This document shows positions 27,638 through 32,000 of a stretch of 32,000 nt of DNA, in pieces. Under the pieces are notes generated by a model. It saw nothing but the letters and a program-made list of their open reading frames with translations. It searched no databases and had not been told where the DNA came from. Position 1 is the first letter of the stretch. Each line of letters opens with the position of its first letter. The stretch spans positions 450,001 through 482,000 of the forward strand of contig NC_011979.1 in NCBI RefSeq assembly GCF_000022265.1. Direction: 5' to 3'. The translations under genes and the position numbers were made by a program. Origin of the DNA: Geotalea daltonii FRC-32. GTDB taxonomy: Bacteria; Desulfobacterota; Desulfuromonadia; Geobacterales; Geobacteraceae.

Positions 27638-27925
27638 CTAAAGAACGATTTTCCGTTCCTTCGCCAGCTTTTCCTTGATCATGCGCAGCATCTTGTGCTG
27701 ATCGATGCCGGTCGCTCCGCTTCCCATGCCGCGCAGGGTCTGGTCCAGAAGCTGTGCGGCATCCTTTTCCAAAGCTTCTTCTGCCTTGATGTCAGCAGTG
27801 ATGGCGCTTTTGATGGCATTGAGGGCGGCAACACGATCCTGCTTGAGCTCTATAAGCCCAGCTGCCGAGAGATCGCCAAGTACTTTCTCCGCCATCCTGC
27901 CGATCTGGTCTTCCTTGAGTCGCAT
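27638..27925 (-). CDS. DUF507-like small protein (paralogue A)
   Basis: 95 aa: MRLKEDQIGRMAEKVLGDL ... IKAEEALEKDAAQLL ... MIKEKLAKERKIVL. GAGAGG RBS. Confidence 0.6.
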   Translation of the reverse strand: MRLKEDQIGRMAEKVLGDLSAAGLIELKQDRVAALNAIKSAITADIKAEEALEKDAAQLLDQTLRGMGSGATGIDQHKMLRMIKEKLAKERKIVL

Positions 27926-27967
27926 CAGTACCTCTCTTTTGTTCTTCCTTGTCCACAGTAAGGGCTT

Positions 27968-27995
27968 ATTTTACGATATCCTAATAAAAAAGCAA
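27968..27995 (-). promoter_or_regulatory. Possible sigma70 promoter of the DUF507-DUF507-lipoprotein unit
   Basis: Minus strand: TTGCTT (27995-27990), 16 nt, TAAAAT (27973-27968). Confidence 0.45.
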
Positions 27996-28037
27996 CACAT
28001 TACATCCGCACAAATCAGGTGCGAGCTTGATTCATCG

Positions 28038-28066
28038 TTGACCTGGCAGTTGCGGCCTGTTATCTT
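28038..28066 (+). promoter_or_regulatory. Possible sigma70 promoter of the DAHP synthase gene
   Basis: TTGACC (28038-28043), 17 nt, TATCTT (28061-28066), ~40 nt upstream of ATG 28107. Confidence 0.5.
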
Positions 28067-28106
28067 AGACGGAATTAACGTCATGCGGACAGGAGGAGCC
28101 AGGGCC

Positions 28107-29123
28107 ATGCTGATAGTAATGAGTTATACTGCCGGGCAGGCTGAGATCGATGCCGTTGTCAATGCAGTTGAAGGAATGGGATACAAGGCGAGACCGATCC
28201 CGGGCAGCGAGAGAACAGCCATCGGCGTTCTCGGTAACACCGGCTATGTGGACGATGTGGTTATTCGCGATCTTCCCGGCGTTCAGGAAGTAATACACGT
28301 TTCCAAGCCGTACAAGCTGGTTTCTCGTGCCTTTCACCCCCAGAGCAGCATCATCGAAGTCTGCGGGGTCCGGATAGGTGAGGGCTGTCCTCCGGTAGTC
28401 GCCGCCGGCCCGTGTGCTGTAGAAGGGAAAGAGCAGATAATAAAGACGGCTCTGGCGGTCAAGGCTGCAGGCGCAGTAATGCTGCGGGGAGGTGCCTTCA
28501 AACCCAGGACCGGCCCCCATACTTTTCAGGGGCTCAGGGAAGAGGGGCTTAAATTGCTTGCGGCTGCCGGAAAAGAAAGTGGATTGCCCATCGTCACCGA
28601 GGTGATGAGTCCGGAAAATGTCAGCGTGGTGGCCGAATATGCCGACTTGCTCCAGGTAGGGGCGCGCAATATGCAGAATTTTGATCTGCTGCGGGAATTG
28701 GGGCGGATCAGAAAGCCGGTGCTGCTCAAGCGGGGCATGAGTGCCACCATTGAAGAATTCCTTGCCGCGGCAGAATATATCCTGGCGGAAGGAAATCCCA
28801 ACGTCATCCTCTGCGAGCGGGGCATCCGCACCTTCGAGACCGCCACCCGAAATACCTTGGATCTGTCGGTGGTACCTCTGATCAAGGAGATGTCCCACCT
28901 GCCCATAATGGTCGATCCTTCCCATGCCACCGGCAAGCGCACCCTGGTTTCTCCCATGGCAAAGGCTGCACTGGTCGCAGGTGCCCACGGCGTATTGGTG
29001 GAGGTACACCCCGAGCCGGAGAAGGCATTATCGGACGGGCCCCAGTCCCTGACCTTTCAGGGCTTCGATAAATTAATGGAAGAGATCGTCAAGCTCAGGC
29101 AGTTTCTCGGTTTTGCCGGTTAA
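28107..29123 (+). CDS. aroF: 3-deoxy-7-phosphoheptulonate (DAHP) synthase, type I-beta with N-terminal ferredoxin-like regulatory domain
   Basis: 338 aa from ATG 28107 (AGGAGGAG RBS 28091-28098). Has GPCAVE, RGGAFKPRTGPHTFQG, VGARNMQNF and MVDPSHATG. The N-terminal ~65 aa (MLIVMSYTAGQAEIDAVVNAVEGMGY...) resembles the Thermotoga-type regulatory domain. Confidence 0.9.
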   Translation: MLIVMSYTAGQAEIDAVVNAVEGMGYKARPIPGSERTAIGVLGNTGYVDDVVIRDLPGVQEVIHVSKPYKLVSRAFHPQSSIIEVCGVRIGEGCPPVVAAGPCAVEGKEQIIKTALAVKAAGAVMLRGGAFKPRTGPHTFQGLREEGLKLLAAAGKESGLPIVTEVMSPENVSVVAEYADLLQVGARNMQNFDLLRELGRIRKPVLLKRGMSATIEEFLAAAEYILAEGNPNVILCERGIRTFETATRNTLDLSVVPLIKEMSHLPIMVDPSHATGKRTLVSPMAKAALVAGAHGVLVEVHPEPEKALSDGPQSLTFQGFDKLMEEIVKLRQFLGFAG

Positions 29124-29131
29124 AAACACCC

Positions 29132-29160
29132 TTGATTTATTCCCTGGGGCGGGATAAGAT
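29132..29160 (+). promoter_or_regulatory. Possible sigma70 promoter 9 nt after the aroF stop
   Basis: TTGATT (29132-29137), 17 nt, TAAGAT (29155-29160). Sequence match only. Confidence 0.45.
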
Positions 29161-29166
29161 TGCTCA

Positions 29167-29354
29167 ACGATAAAATTTCTCTCTGCCCTGTTCGTGAGGT
29201 ATTAAAGCCCCTGCGGAATAATCATTGAACGGGCGCCTTTTTAAGCTGTGGTGTGCTGCCCCTTTGCGGGAATTGCCTGAAGCAGCATTAAAGGAGCCCA
29301 CCTGTTAGGGAACTCGCTGTGAGGCCCCGACCAACGGCATGGTGGAGAGATAGT
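29167..29354 (+). ncRNA. Candidate structured RNA: either the 5' leader (attenuator or orphan riboswitch-like) of the MFS-acyltransferase genes, or a stand-alone sRNA
   Basis: No ORF of 60 aa or more. Long-range pairing: TCTCTC-TGCC-..GTT (29178-29192) with AAC-GGCA-(5-nt bulge)-GAGAGA (29333-29350). Inner stem TGCTGC (29255-29260) / GCAGCA (29282-29287). A very strong terminator follows. Confidence 0.3.
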
Positions 29355-29393
29355 AAACGGGAAGTTCCGTCAGACGGAGCTTCCCGTTTTTTT
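29355..29393 (+). terminator. Strong Rho-independent terminator
   Basis: Sixteen consecutive pairs (one G-U): AAACGGGAAGTTCCGT (29355-29370), loop cag, ACGGAGCTTCCCGTTT (29374-29389). The T-run spans 29387-29393. Confidence 0.85.
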
Positions 29394-29466
29394 GTTCCTT
29401 AGGCAGGTCATCGATTGCCGGATGGCTTTTTCATGGTAAACATGATACGTTTCCTTCTCACTCAAC

Positions 29467-30723
29467 TTGAGGCTGGTGCCCATCGTGAACGATCACGCCT
29501 TTAACCGCAATTACTCCCGTTACGCCCTCTCGCTTCTGCTGGCGGTCAACCTGCTCAATTACATCGACCGTCAGGTGCTCTATGCCGTCTTCCCCCTGAT
29601 AAAAGCAGACATGAACCTCTCCGACACGGAGTTGGGTTTCCTCGGCAGTTCCTTCATGATCTGTTACATGATTTCGGCTCCTTTTTTCGGCAGGATCGGC
29701 GACCGTGGCAACAGGATCAACCTTGCCTCATTCGGTCTGATTACCTGGAGTCTTGCAACCGGCCTTGCCGGTTTCGCTCCCGGCTATCGCGCGCTCCTTG
29801 CGGCCAGGACCGTGGTCGGGGTGGGCGAAGCCAGTTTCGGTACGGTCTCTCCCGGACTTTTGTCGGATTTTTTCCCCAAAGAAAAACGGGGACGGGTGCT
29901 TTCCTACTTCTATCTGGCCATTCCGGTTGGCAGCGCCCTGGGTTACCTGCTTGGAGGGGTGATAGGCCAGCGCCTGGGCTGGCACGCGGCCTTTTTGCTT
30001 GTCGGTTTGCCGGGGCTGCTCCTTGCTGTGCCGGTCTACTTTCTGCGTGACCCGCGGCGCGAGCATGGCCGAACAGAGGTGGAGACTGGTCGGACAGGAG
30101 AGAACGCCTTTGTCGCCCTGCTGCGGAACCGCTCTTTCGTCATTGCCACCATGGCCATGGCAGCCATGACCTTTGCCCTTGGCGGGCTTTCCCAATGGAT
30201 GCCCTCCTTCTTCAATCGGGTGCACGGTCTGGATGTGGAGCGGGGCAACACCCTGTTCGGCGCCATCACTGTGGTGGCAGGAATAACAGGCACACTGGCC
30301 GGGGGCTGGCTGGGGGACCGGTTGCAGCAAAAGAGCAGCAAAGGCTACCTGTTAGTCTCGGGCTGGGGCTTCGTCATCGGCGCACCGGTGGCAGCAGTGG
30401 CTATCCTGGCTCCATCCCTCACCACCTCCCTGGCGGCGATTTTTATTGCCGAGTTTTTCCTTTTCTTCAATACCGGTCCGCTCAACACCGTTCTTGTCAA
30501 TGTGACGGCGCCGTCTCTGCGGGCTACTGCCTTTGCCGTCAATATCTTTTTCATCCACGCCCTGGGAGATGCCTTTTCTCCTACCATTCTCGGTTTCTGT
30601 TCCGATCTGTGGGGCATCCGTTCGGCACTGCTCATAGCGCCTACGGCCATTGTCGTTGCAGCCGTTTTCTGCTTTTTCTGCACCCCCTATATCGAAGCCG
30701 ATATGCAGAAGGCAGGTGACTGA
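29467..30723 (+). CDS. MFS transporter, Spinster (SPNS)-like
   Basis: 418 aa with ~12 hydrophobic segments. Motif A: GRIGDRGNR. From memory, LLNYIDRQVL, VGVGEASFGTVSPGLLSDFFP and YFYLAIPVGSALGYLLGG closely parallel animal Spinster proteins. Start is uncertain: TTG 29467, GTG 29476 or GTG 29485. Confidence 0.85.
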   Translation: MRLVPIVNDHAFNRNYSRYALSLLLAVNLLNYIDRQVLYAVFPLIKADMNLSDTELGFLGSSFMICYMISAPFFGRIGDRGNRINLASFGLITWSLATGLAGFAPGYRALLAARTVVGVGEASFGTVSPGLLSDFFPKEKRGRVLSYFYLAIPVGSALGYLLGGVIGQRLGWHAAFLLVGLPGLLLAVPVYFLRDPRREHGRTEVETGRTGENAFVALLRNRSFVIATMAMAAMTFALGGLSQWMPSFFNRVHGLDVERGNTLFGAITVVAGITGTLAGGWLGDRLQQKSSKGYLLVSGWGFVIGAPVAAVAILAPSLTTSLAAIFIAEFFLFFNTGPLNTVLVNVTAPSLRATAFAVNIFFIHALGDAFSPTILGFCSDLWGIRSALLIAPTAIVVAAVFCFFCTPYIEADMQKAGD

Positions 30724-30725
30724 AG

Positions 30726-31382
30726 TTGGTTTATCGCCTGCTCCGACTGGTATTTTCCCTCTACCTGCGCTCCTTTCACCTGCTACGTATCAAGGGAATG
30801 CACCAAATACCGCTTAACGGGCCGCTGATCCTGTGCGCCAACCATAGCAGCTACTTCGATTCCATGCTGCTGGCTCTCTGCACCACCCGTCAAATACATT
30901 TCCTGATCTATCGATCTTTTTACCACCATCCTCTGCTGGGCTGGTTTGTCAGGAAATGCGGGGCCATTGCCGTGACCCAGAACGGCAATGACAAGGAAGC
31001 CCTGGACAGGTCGCTGGCAATACTCAGGCAGGGGGGTGTAATTGGGGTTTTTCCTGAAGGGAGATTGAGTGTGACCGGCATTCCCGACGAAGCAAAATCA
31101 GGTGCTGCACTCCTTGCAGTGGCAAGCGGCGCACCGATCATTCCCGTTACCATTTCGGGTGCCCATGCAGTGTTTGCCAAGGGGCGAAAAAGACCATCTC
31201 CGGGAACAATCATTGTAGAGGTCCATGCGCCAGTGCATCCGGACCGGTCGAAAAGAAAAGACAAGGCATATCTGAGAGCCCTTACTGACTGGGTAATGGG
31301 CCGGATTGAAAGAAGATTGGCTGCCCATCGGCGTAGAAAGGCCTATTTTGCAAAGAAGAGGCTTAGTGAAAGAAAAGGATAA
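30726..31382 (+). CDS. PlsC-family lysophospholipid (1-acyl-sn-glycerol-3-phosphate-type) acyltransferase
   Basis: 218 aa. HX4D block CANHSSYFDS, FPEGR block, and an IPV block (GAPIIPVTISG). The TTG start is 2 nt after the MFS stop. The N-terminal hydrophobic helix argues against the internal ATG. Confidence 0.8.
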   Translation: MVYRLLRLVFSLYLRSFHLLRIKGMHQIPLNGPLILCANHSSYFDSMLLALCTTRQIHFLIYRSFYHHPLLGWFVRKCGAIAVTQNGNDKEALDRSLAILRQGGVIGVFPEGRLSVTGIPDEAKSGAALLAVASGAPIIPVTISGAHAVFAKGRKRPSPGTIIVEVHAPVHPDRSKRKDKAYLRALTDWVMGRIERRLAAHRRRKAYFAKKRLSERKG

Positions 31383-31389
31383 ATCAGTT

Positions 31390-32000
31390 ATGGAAGCTAA
31401 TCCGCAACAAACCCTGCTCAAGGTCTTTGGTTACAAATCTTTTCGTCAGCCGCAGCAGGAGATAGTAGAGGGACTGATCCGCGGCGAGGATGCCTTTGTC
31501 ATCATGCCCACCGGCGGCGGCAAGTCGCTCTGCTACCAGATTCCTGCCCTGCACAGGCCGGGTGTGGCGATTGTGGTGTCACCGCTCATTTCCCTGATGA
31601 AGGACCAGGTAGATGCCCTGCAGGCCAACGGTGTGAAGGCGGCCTTCTACAACTCTTCCCTGTCCGAGGCTAAGGCCAGGCAGGTGCTGGCGCAGATGCA
31701 TGATGATGCTCTCGACCTGCTTTACGTGGCACCGGAACGGCTGATGTCCGAGCCGTTTCTGGAGCGGCTTGAGGATGTAAAAGTTGCCCTTTTTGCCATT
31801 GATGAAGCCCACTGTGTTTCCCAATGGGGGCATGACTTTCGCCCGGAATATGTGCAGTTGGGGCGATTGCGCCAGCTTTTTCCGCAGGTTCCCCTGATTG
31901 CCCTTACTGCAACTGCCGATCCCCAGACGAGAAACGACATCATCGAACGACTCGGCCTGGGGACGGCGGCTTGCTATGTTGCGGGATTCGACAGGCCGAA
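31390..32000 (+). CDS. recQ: ATP-dependent DNA helicase RecQ, N-terminal part (3' end outside window)
   Basis: Not in the ORF track because no stop occurs in the window. My translation from ATG 31390: MEANPQQTLLKVFGYKSFRQPQQEIVEGLIRGEDAFVIMPTGGGKSLCYQIPAL ... FAIDEAHCVSQWGHDFRPEY ... ALTATAD. These are RecQ motifs 0, I, II (DEAH) and III. Confidence 0.9.
   Translation, partial: MEANPQQTLLKVFGYKSFRQPQQEIVEGLIRGEDAFVIMPTGGGKSLCYQIPALHRPGVAIVVSPLISLMKDQVDALQANGVKAAFYNSSLSEAKARQVLAQMHDDALDLLYVAPERLMSEPFLERLEDVKVALFAIDEAHCVSQWGHDFRPEYVQLGRLRQLFPQVPLIALTATADPQTRNDIIERLGLGTAACYVAGFDRP

Noticed and set aside
27705-28106. ORF-track N-terminal extension of the DAHP synthase ORF (472 aa from 27705).
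   Set aside because: The extension runs antisense through the DUF507-like gene and the divergent promoter region, and its translation is low-complexity. A strong AGGAGGAG RBS precedes ATG 28107. The 338-aa product matches the known type I-beta architecture.
29290-29354. Guanidine-I (ykkC), glycine, ZTP, fluoride or c-di-GMP-I/GEMM riboswitch in the MFS leader. Fragments present: UUAGGGAAC, GGUGGAGAGAUAG, AAAGCCCC.
   Set aside because: Each fragment matches only 5-8 nt of the respective consensus. The partner elements are missing: GGUCCGAGAG and GGGA-AAAGCCCGGGAGA for ykkC, CACCGAAGGGGCAA for glycine, CCGCCUGGGCA for ZTP, CUGAUGAU for fluoride, and ACGCACAGGGCAAACC / CGCAAAGC for GEMM.

Overview
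The window reads as an ordinary chromosomal segment of a moderately GC-rich deltaproteobacterium. The GroEL, Kup and PrkA-type proteins look Geobacter- or Desulfuromonadales-like, but that is from memory and is not verified. All protein calls rest on motifs recognised by eye; no search was run.

Gene order, left to right:
- UvrD/PcrA helicase, 3' end (+)
- gatC-gatA-gatB (+)
- mtnA, overlapping glnE by ATGA (+)
- YbgC-like thioesterase and a small lipoprotein (+)
- a visibly A+T-richer islet with a HigB/RelE-like toxin plus XRE antitoxin (+)
- a full-length RdgC-like protein (+)
- an orphan 66-aa ORF (-)
- lspA and ileS (-)
- kup (+)
- a tightly coupled four-gene operon, PrkA / DUF444(YeaH) / SpoVR / second PrkA-like ATPase (-)
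- groES-groEL behind a perfect CIRCE operator (-)
- a lipoprotein plus two tandem DUF507-like genes (-)
- a type I-beta DAHP synthase (+)
- a 340-nt ORF-free region with a promoter-like site and a very strong intrinsic terminator
- a Spinster-like MFS transporter abutting a PlsC-family acyltransferase (+)
- recQ, 5' end (+)

I saw no rRNA, tRNA, CRISPR array, transposase or integrase.

Nothing here is clearly a new system. The candidates most worth follow-up are:
1. the Spinster-like MFS + lysophospholipid-acyltransferase pair and its long structured, terminator-containing leader
2. the PrkA module carrying two diverged PrkA paralogues
3. the DUF507 pair + lipoprotein operon next to groESL
4. 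three unusual intergenic sequence structures: a 7-nt-periodic GTTC array, a ~170-nt imperfect palindrome before mtnA, and a triple 17-19-nt repeat between kup and the PrkA operon
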